DNA of 63,155 bases, the filler included, from Octopus bimaculoides (Eukaryota): NCBI RefSeq assembly GCF_001194135.2. It is 6 parts of 6 records of this genome, joined end to end, with 100 filler letters (N's around TTAATTAATTAA, not from the genome) between each part and the next. Parts side by side here need not be neighbours in the genome. Positions count along the whole stretch, not along the records: positions 46,199 to 58,320 come from NC_068983.1; positions 58,421 to 61,281 come from NC_068982.1; positions 61,382 to 63,155 come from NW_026400261.1; 3 more parts are not named here. One strand, written 5' to 3'. Every line of letters begins with the position of its first letter. The first letter of the stretch is position 1. Under the pieces are notes generated by a model. That model saw only the letters and a program-made list of their open reading frames with translations. It had not been told where the DNA came from and did no database searches. Made by a program: the position numbers and the translations under genes. Of this stretch, positions 48,912 to 61,929 are shown one piece after another.

Positions 48912-51900
48912 NNNNNNNNNNNNNNNNNNNNNNNNNNNNNNNNNNNNNNNNNNNNNNNNNNNNNNNNNNNNNNNNNNNNNNNNNNNNNNNNNNNNNNNNN
49001 NNNNNNNNNNNNNNNNNNNNNNNNNNNNNNNNNNNNNNNNNATATATATTCTTTTAATTATTCTTTTACTTGTTTCACTCATTTGACTGCGACCATGCTG
49101 GAGCACCGCCTTTATATATCATATATGTGTGTGTGTGTGTGTGTGTGTGTCTGTGTATGTCTGTGTGTCTGTGTATGTCTGTGTGTGTGCGCGTGTGTGT
49201 GTGTTTTGTGTGTGTTGCAAGCGAGAGGCAAACAGAGGTAGACAGATAGGTTGTCAGGTGATAGGTGATGGAGCGAGTAAAAGAAAGGTGTAGATTGCGA
49301 GAGGGCAAGTGAAAGTACATTGCAAGGGAGAAAGCGTGTGATTGTTTGTCGGTGTGAAAGAAATTGCGGGAGGATGGATGATGAAAGCCAAAGCCAAAGA
49401 AAGTGTAAAAAGAAGATAAAAATGTTAATGTAAGGTACTATATACATGAATATATATATATATATACATATATANNNNNNNNNNNNNNNNNNNNNNNNNN
49501 NNNNNNNNNNNNNNNNNNNNNNNNNNNNNNNNNNNNNNNNNNNNNNNNNNNNNNNNNNNNNNNNNNNNNNNNNNNNNNNNNNNNNNNNNNNNNNNNNNNN
49601 NNNNNNNNNNNNNNNNNNNNNNNNNNNNNNNNNNNNNNNNNNNNNNNNNNNNNNNNNNNNNNNNNNNNNNNNNNNNNNNNNNNNNNNNNNNNNNNNNNNN
49701 NNNNNNNNNNNNNNNNNNNNNNNNNNNNNNNNNNNNNNNNNNNNNNNNNNNNNNNNNNNNNNNNNNNNNNNNNNNNNNNNNNNNNNNNNNNNNNNNNNNN
49801 NNNNNNNNNNNNNNNNNNNNNNNNNNNNNNNNNNNNNNNNNNNNNNNNNNNNNNNNNNNNNNNNNNNNNNNNNNNNNNNNNNNNNNNNNNNNNNNNNNNN
49901 NNNNNNNNNNNNNNNNNNNNNNNNNNNNNNNNNNNNNNNNNNNNNNNNNNNNNNNNNNNNNNNNNNNNNNNNNNNNNNNNNNNNNNNNNNNNNNNNNNNN
50001 NGCAAGAGTGATGAGAAGAAAGCATTTGGATAAGATGACGAAATCAAAACGTATAAATTAAGGTGAAAGGGGGAAGAGCGAAAAAAAAAGAACTATAAAT
50101 AATGTATGATTTCTTGAAAACAAGTATGAAATGAAATGGAAACAACGTGGAGCAACAGGGTTGATATTTCTTTCACTAATATCTCATTTATATTGGTCAA
50201 TCAATTCTTCGTCTACATGAAATTTTCTTGTTTGTTTTCTTTTTGCATCATTCTTTTATTGTAACTGATATTTTGTTACTTTTGTCTTTGCAACTTCTTT
50301 GCCTTTTCTTGTCTTTAACGCTTTTTTTTTTTTTTTTTTTTTTTTGTAGCTTTAACCCGATATGCTAATAGCAGAGGAACTATTTCAAAATTCTCCATTC
50401 TAATGACTGAAATTGTTTTAGTTTGTAAAGAACAAAGACTACAAATTATACAAATAATAGGAAATTATGCAAGCAATGAAACTGAACAAACAAACATACA
50501 AAAATAATTCATGAATAAACAAACTAATTCATATTATCACAGACATTTATGATAAATAACATATTGGGTTTCAACTGCACATCTAGAATTTCAGTGTTGA
50601 ATATGCATCCGCAAGCCTTGCAGCAAGTGTCGCTCATTCATTACTATACATCTCAGTAACTTTAGGTACCACCTCTACTGAAACCTATTCATTTCAATCG
50701 CCTTTGCTCTATTTGTCACTCCAACAGCATACCACTGTATGCAGCAACTTGCACTAAGCATTTAAATACTTTGTTCGACAATCCGATACTTCTTTTGAAC
50801 TATCTGTTTATTGAACTCCCACCTCATTAATCTTATATATTTTCATTAAAATATACTGTGTCTATCTTCTGTATCGTCCCGGGGGTGGGGGACTGAAAGT
50901 GATTATGTTCACTGTTTTTTTTTTTGTTTTTGTCATTTTTTTTCGTTACAACTACATTGTAAAAAGAAAAAAAAGCGAGCAGTGTAGAGCAACAGGGAGA
51001 TCTCAGAAAAACTTTCCACAACACAGGTTCGATTCTCATTTGAAGATATTTTCTTGATCGTTAATGTTCGCACAAAAAGGCATTATCATCATAACAGCAT
51101 GAATCCTGTTTTTAAAGAATATCTGTAAAAAAGAAATTATGGTCATAACATTATGTCTCACTACCCCTAAAGAAATAGGAGCTACTTTAAAAAACTGCGG
51201 TTAACCTCGGTTTTTGTAATATTCTAAAATGGTAGTAACTTGATAATTGATCATCCACTGGTCAATTATCACATTGCTATTGATAATTATCGAGTTACAA
51301 TTATTAAGTTACATTGTCATTGATAACTGATCATCTACTGAGAGTGGCAGATAAAATTCAGGTGAGATGAGAAAGCGTTAATAAAATTATCGCTTTAAAC
51401 TATAAATATTTTTCGGAAAAATATCATTAACATCAAAATAGTGTAATGTTCTTTCCTTAACAGAAAAAAAAATTACTAAATCGCACAAGAACAACATGAA
51501 AATTAAATCTTCAAAGTAGCTTAAATGTTTGTAGTCATAATCTCTAAAATCTCTCATTACGACACAACATTTACAATATTACCAATAGATGCATCACAAA
51601 AAGTGATATACTCCATTAGAGGTAGAACACAGCAGACACTGAACCTATATAAATTTCATATAAAAACCTAGTACTGCTTACGTCTATTAGACTGTGACGC
51701 TACACACGCCAACACACGTGCACACAAATGCACACACATAATATCAGTGATTTACCATCTTTTCCCAATCGTCCTGTGCCTTAAGGTTATCTGCCACAGT
51801 CATATATAGTATATGCCATGTATACTGCATGTTATATATGTCATATGTTATAGAAATTAATTTATGCGCATCATATTAATACACATTGTATATTAGGCAA

Positions 51901-51944
51901 GCTTAGTCATCTCTTAATTTCTGATAACAATCATATACATATAC

Positions 51945-52170
51945 AGAATGGTCATCATCGACATCGCGTACCCTGGGGACAGCAGAATTGTCGAAAAGGA
52001 TGGAGAAAAAGACATGAGATATGAAGCTTGGAAGTTAGAAAACAAAAGAGCCATAGTCAATGAAAAAAAGGTGAATATTGTATCAATAATTGGTGTCCTG
52101 GTTCAGTGGGCAAAGATATTGAGTTGGAAAGGTGGGCATAAAAAATGAAATTGGAGCGTGTCCAGAAAAC
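51945..52170 (+). mobile_element. R4/Dong-type RLE fragment (distinct from family X)
   Basis: IIDIAYPGDSRIVEKDGEKDMRYEAWKLE..R....KKVNIV.IIGVL matches the I(D)IA.P.D.RI.EKE.EK..KY..L..E RLE pattern. Confidence 0.75.
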
Positions 52171-52185
52171 TGAGAGAAACCCGTC

Positions 52186-52217
<32 letters not shown>

Positions 52218-53163
52218 NNNNNNNNNNNNNNNNNNNNNNNNNNNNNNNNNNNNNNNNNNNNNNNNNNNNNNNNNNNNNNNNNNNNNNNNNNNNNNNNNNN
52301 NNNNNNNNNNNNNNNNNNNNNNNNNNNNNNNNNNNNNNNNNNNNNNNNNNNNNNNNNNNNNNNNNNNNNNNNNNNNNNNNNNNNNNNNNNNNNNNNNNNN
52401 NNNNNNNNNNNNNNNNNNNNNNNNNNNNNNNNNNNNNNNNNNNNNNNNNNNNNNNNNNNNNNNNNNNNNNNNNNNNNNNNNNNNNNNNNNNNNNNNNNNN
52501 NNNNNNNNNNNNNNNNNNNNNNNNNNNNNNNNNNNNNNNNNNNNNNNNNNNNNNNNNNNNNNNNNNNNNNNNNNNNNNNNNNNNNNNNNNNNNNNNNNNN
52601 NNNNNNNNNNNNNNNNNNNNNNNNNNNNNNNNNNNNNNNNNNNNNNNNNNNNNNNNNNNNNNNNNNNNNNNNNNNNNNNNNNNNNNNNNNNNNNNNNNNN
52701 NNNNNNNNNNNNNNNNNNNNNNNNNNNNNNNNNNNNNNNNNNNNNNNNNNNNNNNNNNNNNNNNNNNNNNNNNNNNNNNNNNNNNNNNNNNNNNNNNNNN
52801 NNNNNNNNNNNNNNNNNNNNNNNNNNNNNNNNNNNNNNNNNNNNNNNNNNNNNNNNNNNNNNNNNNNNNNNNNNNNNNNNNNNNNNNNNNNNNNNNNNNN
52901 NNNNNNNNNNNNNNNNNNNNNNNNNNNNNNNNNNNNNNNNNNNNNNNNNNNNNNNNNNNNNNNNNNNNNNNNNNNNNNNNNNNNNNNNNNNNNNNNNNNN
53001 NNNNNNNNNNNNNNNNNNNNNNNNNNNNNNNNNNNNNNNNNNNNNNNNNNNNNCTTAATTAAATTATTTACTTAATTAAATATCAACCACCTCATATTTC
53101 TACACGGAATTAGTGTCTACATACATAATCAATAAATAATCTATCCATATATCTATATCCATC

Positions 53164-53213
<50 letters not shown>

Positions 53214-53873
53214 TATACCCACACACACAAACACCTATATATAAACCCATATAGATGCATGTCTGTGCATACGTGTGTGTATATTTAGATGTATACACGA
53301 GCCGTATTATGACTGTTGAAGAGACTACTCTTCATTGACAAAACACACACACACACATATACATGCATATGTGTGTATATGTATATATAAAACATATGTA
53401 TACCCTTATCGTCATTTGCATTCACCATCCCTTGGAGTGATGATGGTTCATCTAACAATTCCTCTCTATTCATTTCTAACTTCTGCTGCACTTATTAATT
53501 ATTACATCTTCAATCCTGTTATCTCTATAATACAATCAATCCTGTTCTTTATTCTTGGGTCTTCCTCGATACATACAAAGACTCTTTTATATGAACACAG
53601 GAAGAGATGAGATAGATTAATCAGAAGTAGATGTATTGGCAACGCTATACATATTTAGGTCTTTATAAGTAGTAAACATTTTCATAGCTATTATTTAGAA
53701 TTTGAGAAAATTCATTTTAGCTTCTGTGTTTAGATTGGAATACTTAACATTGATGGCTTTCTCAAGACACTTTGTATTAGTGAAAGTGAAATGTAGCTTA
53801 TACACGAAGCAAAAGCATATTAAAGACTTGACTAGATCTTCGATCGTATTCTACAGTGCTTTCCGGCACTTAC

Positions 53874-53975
53874 ACTAAAATATTGAGATATTTTCCTTTG
53901 CTTATATTCCTACGGACATAATATTTGAATGCAACAGTCAGTAAAGTCTCTTCACTGATATAACACGCTACCCAT
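53874..53975 (-). CDS. Candidate 102-nt internal host exon (phase 2/2), peptide WVACYISEETLLTVAFKYYVRRNISKGKYLNIL
   Basis: Long pyrimidine tract ttttttctgttctctttctatttctaaatAG, open frame, perfect GTAAGT donor, length divisible by 3. The protein is not recognised. Confidence 0.65.
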
Positions 53976-54939
53976 CTATTTAGAAATAGAAAGAGAACAG
54001 AAAAAAACGGACACAAGAAATATGAAAACTGGAGGGTAAAATTTGGGATACGCAATAACTGAAAAAGTAGCTACAGCCATTGTTAGAACGCTGTTGATCA
54101 TAGTTCTGATTAATCAGAGAAGACCTGCTACGAAATACCAAGAATATTTAAATGCGGTTATTAATTTGTGTGAGTGTGCGCAAGATTATGCTTTTGTATG
54201 CAAGTGTAACCAAGACAACAGCTTCCCTATTAGGCGTGATGTGTATTTTAGTTAATTACTTTTCTTACAGCTCGTTTTCACACGGATTTATTTACATTCT
54301 GGTAAGAGGATTATATTTCGAATTAAGTACTGTCGGGATACATTTAACATTATAATAGTAAATTCCGAGAACCATATGTACTAAAGTAATCCAAAATAAA
54401 CAAAATTGATAATTAAGGATAATTTAAACGTTTCCGAGATTATTCAACCGTTTTTATACGAATTATTCCAAGTTGATAATCTATGGTATTAATCTACATA
54501 GGTATTTCCCAGTGATGAGTCCACATCCCGTCTGTAAACTATTAAGCTTTCTTAACTCAAAGGATTTGTGAAATAAAATAGAAACTAGAAAATTCAAAAG
54601 GAAAATTATTTTCTTTTATTCATTCCTTTTTTTTTTTTCCAATTGTTTCTACCAAAATCCGTGTCTTGCTTTATTTCTTAAGCTTACATATGCCAACATA
54701 TTCAACTGAATATCGTACAATACTCCATAAAACGAATTATTTAATTTTTAAACAATACTTTTCCCTTTTATATTTTTCTATGCAAAAACATTATTAATTT
54801 ATATATGACCATTTGGCAATTCATCCGCAGTTACTCCGGCAACTTTTACCACTACTAGTTTCAGCCAATGGCTGCGGCCTTGTTGGGGCATTGCATTCAG
54901 TGTGATGAGGTTTTGTTTTCACACTCACTTCCCAGAATT

Positions 54940-55085
54940 GTTTCCGTGAAGTAGCGTGTTTCTTGATGTGATGTGGGTTCATCAGGTACCTAATGATTGT
55001 CCAAATGCTCTTTGAAAACATCTACATCAACAACTCGCAGGCAGGGTGTTCAAAAGTTGTAGAACCGTTGTTAAAGGAGGAAAAA
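54940..55085 (-). mobile_element. Old LINE 3'-end relic (CR1/L2-like)
   Basis: VDVFKEHLDNH...VPDEPTSHQETR resembles the VD.FK..LD..L..VPDEP terminus of such LINE ORF2s. Confidence 0.5.
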
Positions 55086-55109
55086 AAACTACACATCTAC
55101 TGGTGATAT

Positions 55110-55316
55110 TCTAAACAACCATACTACATCCGGCACAAGGCCAGCAATTACGGAGGACGGGTAAGTCAATGACATCGACCCCAGTGTTCAACTGGGACAT
55201 AGTTGATGAAAGGTAAAGTCGACCTCGGCATAATTTGAACTCAGAACATAAAGACGGACAAAGGGACGCTAAGCAGTTTGCCCGGCGTGCTAGCGATTCT
55301 GTCAACTAGCCGCCTT
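55110..55316 (-). mobile_element. SINE family B
   Basis: ggcacaaggccagcaatt...gtcgacctcggcataatttgaactcagaac...gccgcctt. Confidence 0.88.
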
Positions 55317-55499
55317 AAGGAATTAGTAATACTAGTCACCGACAACTATTCATTTTTTTCTTACTGCATACTTGATCCACTTTTAAGCATATAAATTAAT
55401 ATGAACTAAAACAATCACGTAACATACATACATACATACATACATAAATACATACATACATACATAAATACATACATACATACATACATACATACATAC

Positions 55500-55720
55500 A
55501 CCATTAATTATTGTGGCACTGGGATATGTAACATACTGCCTAAATACCAATCTTGAGAAATTAGGCTTCTCAAAACCAGAAAGGAGAAAGCTAATTCGAA
55601 GACTACAGATTTAATCCGTCACTGGAACTGTAAAAATCTGTAAAACGCTCCAGAAGTTATCATTTAAATATATATGAGCAGGGCTAGACATGCAGCTACT
55701 TGCTGAGAATACATACATAA
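55500..55720 (+). mobile_element. RLE family X copy 3, 5'-truncated directly after a (CATA)n tract
   Basis: aattattgtggcactgggatatgtaac...cactggaactgtaaaaatctgtaaa is colinear with copies 1 and 2; (CATA)n lies at 55431-55500. Confidence 0.9.
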
Positions 55721-55760
55721 AATATACATACATATATATATACATACACACATATATATG

Positions 55761-55796
<36 letters not shown>

Positions 55797-56239
55797 NNNN
55801 NNNNNNNNNNNNNNNNNNNNNNNNNNNNNNNNNNNNNNNNNNNNNNNNNNNNNNNNNNNNNNNNNNNNNNNNNNNNNNNNNNNNNNNNNNNNNNNNNNNN
55901 NNNNNNNNNNNNNNNNNNNNNNNNNNNNNNNNNNNNNNNNNNNNNNNNNNNNNNNNNNNNNNNNNNNNNNNNNNNNNNNNNNNNNNNNNNNNNNNNNNNN
56001 NNNNNNNNNNNNNNNNNNNNNNNNNNNNNNNNNNNNNNNNNNNNNNNNNNNNNNNNNNNNNNNNNNNNNNNNNNNNNNNNNNNNNNNNNNNNNNNNNNNN
56101 NNNNNNNNNNNNNNNNNNNNNNNNNNNNNNNNNNNNNNNNNNNNNNNNNNNNNNNNNNNNNNNNNNNNNNNNNNNNNNNNNNNNNNNNNNNNNNNNNNNN
56201 NNNNNNNNNNNNNNNNNNNNNNNNNNNNNNNNNNNNNNN

Positions 56240-56270
<31 letters not shown>

Positions 56271-56574
56271 AAGTAAATAATATAGGTGGCTTATTAGCAA
56301 TTTAACAACCTAAAGGCAAACTTATAGACGTCACGAAGGTGACAGAAGACACGAGGGACCGGCATTGCTAGAAATAAGATTCAAATCGGCTAATTAGCTA
56401 CAAGAGCACTATCTTAATAAGCCTGACTTCTATGCTTTTGAAATCAGCACATGCTTTCAACGGTTTTCCTTATAAGTTGACGAGGTGAGTTGAGCTTAAC
56501 CCTAGGTGCAGTAAGAGCCACTAATGAAAATTAAGATGCTCTGCATCAAAATTTGAAATCACCTGCCACCGTCA

Positions 56575-56995
56575 GCTTATTAAGAGAAAATACGGCTATT
56601 GAAGAGAAAAGACCTAATTGGCAGCATGGAGTTCTGCTGCACCACAACGCCCGCCCTCATATCGCCAATATGACCAAGGAAGCCAATCAAACACATGGCT
56701 GCCACAACCGCCGTACTCTCTTGATTTGGCAACAACGGATTTCCACCTCTTTCGATCTCTTTCAAATGCTATGCTCGAAGTTTCGTTCAATACTGATGTA
56801 GAACTGAGAGCTTAGTTGGATCAATTTTTCGAGTCGAAATCGAGTGATTTCTACTAACGAGGCATTGAAAATCTTGTTGAACGTTGGGAAGAAGTTGTAA
56901 ACAAGGGTGAATATGTTATTGATTAATTAGTTGTTATTTTTTATTAAACCTTTTAAAATTTTAAATTATAAAAAAACGGCGAGAACTTAGCTGTC
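56575..56995 (+). mobile_element. Mariner (DD34D) transposase C-terminal relic with partial right TIR
   Basis: AIEEKRPNWQHGVLLHHNARPH...PQPPYSLDLATTDFHLFRSL...RGIENLVERWEEVV; end aaaaaacggcgagaacttag. Confidence 0.88.
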
Positions 56996-57254
56996 TCTTT
57001 GTCTCTCACTCTTTCTATATCCCTCTCTATACATCGTTCTAACTTAGCGGCCGACTCACTGTTCTAACTATATTGAAATATTTCCATCAACTGGTTTATA
57101 TTTTGAAATGCTTTAACTGAGGAAGGTATTGTGTAATGGATGTATTTTCTATTTTATATTACGCAGACCCAAAACGTACTTATTAAATAATTTGAAGAAA
57201 ATGACTATTTGTTCTAACTTCATTATTACAACTTTATGTCTGTGTGTGTGTGTG

Positions 57255-57293
<39 letters not shown>

Positions 57294-57339
57294 NNNNNNN
57301 NNNNNNNNNNNNNNNNNNNNNNNNNNNNNNNNNNNNNNN

Positions 57340-57393
<54 letters not shown>

Positions 57394-57468
57394 TGTGTCT
57401 GTGTCTGTGTGTGTATGTATATATACACATACATATATGGACAGAAAACGGATAGATAGACAGATAGA

Positions 57469-57499
<31 letters not shown>

Positions 57500-58228
57500 C
57501 AGATGCATACATACGTACATACATGCGTGCGTACGTATGTGGTAACATACGTATTTATCAGTGAATGTATGTATCTATCTACCTACAGTAGGCAGGCACG
57601 TAGGTAGGTAGGTAGGTAGGTAGGTAGGTAGGTAGGTAGGTAGGTAGGTAGGCAAGTTTGAAAATGAATATCTAAGTTTTAAATAGGTGTATGGTCATGC
57701 CTGTATACCTGTCTGTGTGTGGGGATAACATATGTGTGTGTCGATATAAACTTTATAAGTTCACTGAAGAATAACTAAAGATGCCGAATGTCTGCATAAT
57801 TGTGTCCATTAGGTTTCATATAGTAAAGTATCGGCTCAGTTCTCAACCCAGTCGTTTGTTTCAGTTCTTCAATTCTTCAAATTGGTTACAGAAGACGATT
57901 TCTCCAAGAAAACTAAAATATTAAATGGGGTGATCGAATTTAAATTTCATGTAAATAGTGGTTCAGTGTTATCTGATCAGACAGTTTTGATGGATGGAAT
58001 ATAAATATTAACAATATAGATTTCAGATTTGTGCCTCATTGAATCTACAACAGCTAACATTCATATACACATACACATATACAGACATATGTACTACATA
58101 CGTACGTATGTACATACATACATACATACATACATGTATATATGCCCGTGCGTGCAATGCTCAAAGGATCGACATTTGAAGAAAATGTTCATTCAATTAT
58201 GCAAATTAAAATCATCATGTATATATGT

Positions 58229-58279
<51 letters not shown>

Positions 58280-58420
58280 CAAATACTCACGCAAGCACAC
58301 ATATGTAGATAGATACAGACNNNNNNNNNNNNNNNNNNNNNNNNNNNNNNNNNNNNNNNNNNNNTTAATTAATTAANNNNNNNNNNNNNNNNNNNNNNNN
58401 NNNNNNNNNNNNNNNNNNNN

Positions 58421-58565
58421 GGTGGTTGGGTGCGGCATCGTTTCCCATTCAAACAACTCCAGCCTTTGGAAAGTCTTCCCCGCTCTACGTGGCCGAGCAT
58501 TATCCTGGTGGAAGAACACTTTTCGTCTTGAAACCTAAGATGGTCGTTTTTCTTCTAGCGCTGAC
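58421..58565 (-). mobile_element. Mariner transposase fragment
   Basis: SALEEKRPS*VSRRKVFFHQDNARPR...FEWETMPHP. Confidence 0.8.
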
Positions 58566-59849
58566 ATAAGTTCATACAATTGAAAAAACTGCATTATTTA
58601 TGGGATGACCCAATATGTGTGTATGTGTGTGCATATACTCAAAGCATTATGTGCATATAAATATTATGTGAGTACACACGTAAACACACACGCACCCTCA
58701 CACACACACACACATACACACACACACACACACACACCACACGTAAGCATGCCTGCATGTACATGCAAAACCACATAAACGTACGCAAACGCGGTCAGCT
58801 ATACATACACACATGCACAGACGTGCACACATGCGCACAAACACACTCACGCACATAGGTACAGAGAAAAAGAACAGTAGAGGGAGATCAAATGAGAGAG
58901 AAAAAAAGAGCTAGAGGAATGGAGGGAGAGAGAGAGGGAATGAGAGAGAGAGAGAGAAAGAGAGAGAGAGACAGAGACAGAAAAAGAGGAAGAGAGAAAG
59001 AGATAGATTGAAAATGGAAGCGCGAAAACTATGCGGAAAACAAAATTTCATTCATAACTATGGAATGAGAGAGGAAATTACTTATTTTATTGACGAATAT
59101 TATATTTGATGTTTGTCTGGATGATATGAAACTTCCACTGGCTAAATACACGCGTTCATTAAATGTGTGCGTATGTAGCAGTGTGTTGTGCGAGTGTGTA
59201 GAGGGGAGCGTCAATTTGTGCGTGTGCGTCTTTCCAATGAGTAACTTTCTCTGTTTATAAGCATTGCATGTATGCTTTCTATGTGTTTATGTTTAGCGTA
59301 TTATATATGAAGGACAGCGCGTTCTCTTTGCTTACGTTGACATCAGATAAGGTTTTGTGACGGTATTAGTGTCTGATGGCGTACCTACACAATTCAGCCT
59401 CCACTGAATTTGTTTCCTTATGTCTTCCAGAAAAATTAATATTTTTCAATGAAATTTTCTACAAATTCATTTCGGATGGTGTAAATTCCGATTACATCGG
59501 AATTTTTTAAAAACATGTTTTCCGGAGATCAGGACAAAAGTTTCAAACAAATTCACACAAGCCGGCTTTGTTCCCTCATAACTTCCAGAAAATGATATTT
59601 TTTAATGAAATTTAATGAAATTTTAATGAAATTCTCTACAAATGCGCTTCAGATGGTGTACATTACGATCACATATGATGAAAAAATTGGCTTCCTCACA
59701 CACATACATACAGACACACATGACATAGCTTCAAAATGAAACTTCAAACTTCAAAGGAACTTGTGACGCATGTCAGTATATATGTATGCATTCCCAACAC
59801 TTTATGCTTCACATTAAATTCCGATATAATGGTGATCTACACCAACTAG

Positions 59850-59991
59850 AGCGTTATATATATATTCGGTTTTGTACACAGTATTGTTTCAGAGAATGTT
59901 TAAGAAACCATAAGAAAATTATGAGTTTGTTTTAAAATTTGAGATTACATAGACAGTATTGTTATTGTTGTTGTTGTTATTATTATTATTA

Positions 59992-60037
<46 letters not shown>

Positions 60038-60330
60038 CATCATTATTATTATTATTATTATTATTATTTTATGTTTGACTTTTGCTTTGCATTTGTACAA
60101 GTTGGATCCAAATCTCACCCAGAGACCTCAAGAGTCAACAAGTTAGAAGTTCATGTAGGTGTTATGCCTAGGGTACCATAAATTTGGATTTGTACATAGT
60201 GTTGTTCTAGAGAATGTTTAAGAAAGCATAAGAAAATTATGTTTGTTTTAAAATTTGAGATCACATAGACAGTATTTTACGTAGGATATGGGCAGTTCCC
60301 ATGAGTGCAATCTTTCGAATTTCTGCCATT
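59850..60330 (-). mobile_element. Two tandem 5'-truncated Dong/R4-type 3' ends embedded in (TAA)n (60070-60330 and 59850-59960)
   Basis: AEIRKIALMGTAHILRKILSM* (RLE C-terminus) plus 3' UTR, with (TAA)n on both sides. 59880-59960 repeats 60195-60275. Confidence 0.82.
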
Positions 60331-60477
60331 ATTATTATTATTGGGTCGCGAGGAAAGTCTGAGTTTCCAAGAAACGGAGTTTTGTTTCGTGTTTTTTTTT
60401 TCGTTACCAAGTTATTTTGCATACTTTCAATAAAGACATCGAAATCACGCCTAAGGGGCTCCTTTCCCCAGACAAAG

Positions 60478-60595
60478 AAAGATTTGGCTGCTATTTCTAG
60501 CACGCTCTGCTACCACATAACAGGTATTTCGGGTCCTGTATCGAAAATAGCTGTTCGCGGTTGCAGGGCGTGCTAGAAATAGCAGCCAAATCTTT
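60478..60595. repeat. Hairpin with perfect 28-bp arms (60478-60505 / 60568-60595)
   Basis: aaagatttggctgctatttctagcacgc and gcgtgctagaaatagcagccaaatcttt; pairing continues imperfectly inward. Confidence 0.93.
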
Positions 60596-61128
60596 GGCAG
60601 TGGGATACGTTGAATGGACTCGAAAAAAACCTATGGAAAAAATTATTTCGCACCGAGGTTATGAATGGATCTTTTACGAAATATTTATGCCAAAAAAATT
60701 TTGTAAAGGTATTCACTTGAAAATAATTTTGAAAAACATTAAAATATTATCTGTTTAAAGAAAGTTTAAAGTACTTATTGCACAAACAACTTACATTTTT
60801 GAAATCACATTCACTTAAAAATATTTAAAAAATCAAATCGTATATTTTCGTTGTCAAGTCACTGTCTAATCGAAAGGTAAGAGTTACTACCCTTTCAGGA
60901 TTAAGTTAATTTCGGAAACGTTTCCCATTATGCACCGTTTTTGGTATTTATACACTGAAAATCCTTATTATCTTCACAACCACTTATCCGATTTACGTGA
61001 AATATGTTTTATTCCGTTTGTATTTACATTTCAGGGTATTTAATTCATAGTATTTCCCATTACATACCAGTTTGGCTGAGTAACATTGCAAGCAAGCAAG
61101 ATTCAATCTCACTTTTAATGTGTTATAG

Positions 61129-61195
<67 letters not shown>

Positions 61196-61693
61196 TGATG
61201 ATAATAATAATAATATGTGTTAATTCATATGATAGCTCAGCAATGTTTGTGCAGGTTAACTGACTTTGAAATAATTGTAGTNNNNNNNNNNNNNNNNNNN
61301 NNNNNNNNNNNNNNNNNNNNNNNNNTTAATTAATTAANNNNNNNNNNNNNNNNNNNNNNNNNNNNNNNNNNNNNNNNNNNNGCAAGCACGCACGCACACA
61401 GATACCCGCAAACAATCAACGTCATATTTTTCACTTAATTATTTTTATCGGAACGCTAACATCGAGGGAAGAGGAGGGTGTGACGAGTGAGTAAAGCGGA
61501 CTAACATCGTCGAGGGAAGAGGAGTGTATACCGAGCGAGAAAAGCGGACTGACGTCATTCACTCCGCAAAACGAATTTTATTTATATAGACTTTGCTGAT
61601 TCTAGATGTGGATCTAATGTTCTCATCTAACAAGTTATACGCAGCTTTTGAAATACAAAATAACGCACACTGCTTTCAAGCAGTTGAAAACTT

Positions 61694-61746
<53 letters not shown>

Positions 61747-61877
61747 TACTACTACTTGTAGTAGTAGTAGTAGTAGTAGTAGTAGTACCAGCTGTAGGTA
61801 CTATATATGCGCTTGTGTGTATGTTTGTGTGCGTGCGTGTGAGCGTGCGTGTGAGCGTGCGTGTGAGCGTGTGCGCG

Positions 61878-61909
<32 letters not shown>

Positions 61910-61929
61910 TGTATGTATGTATGTATGTA

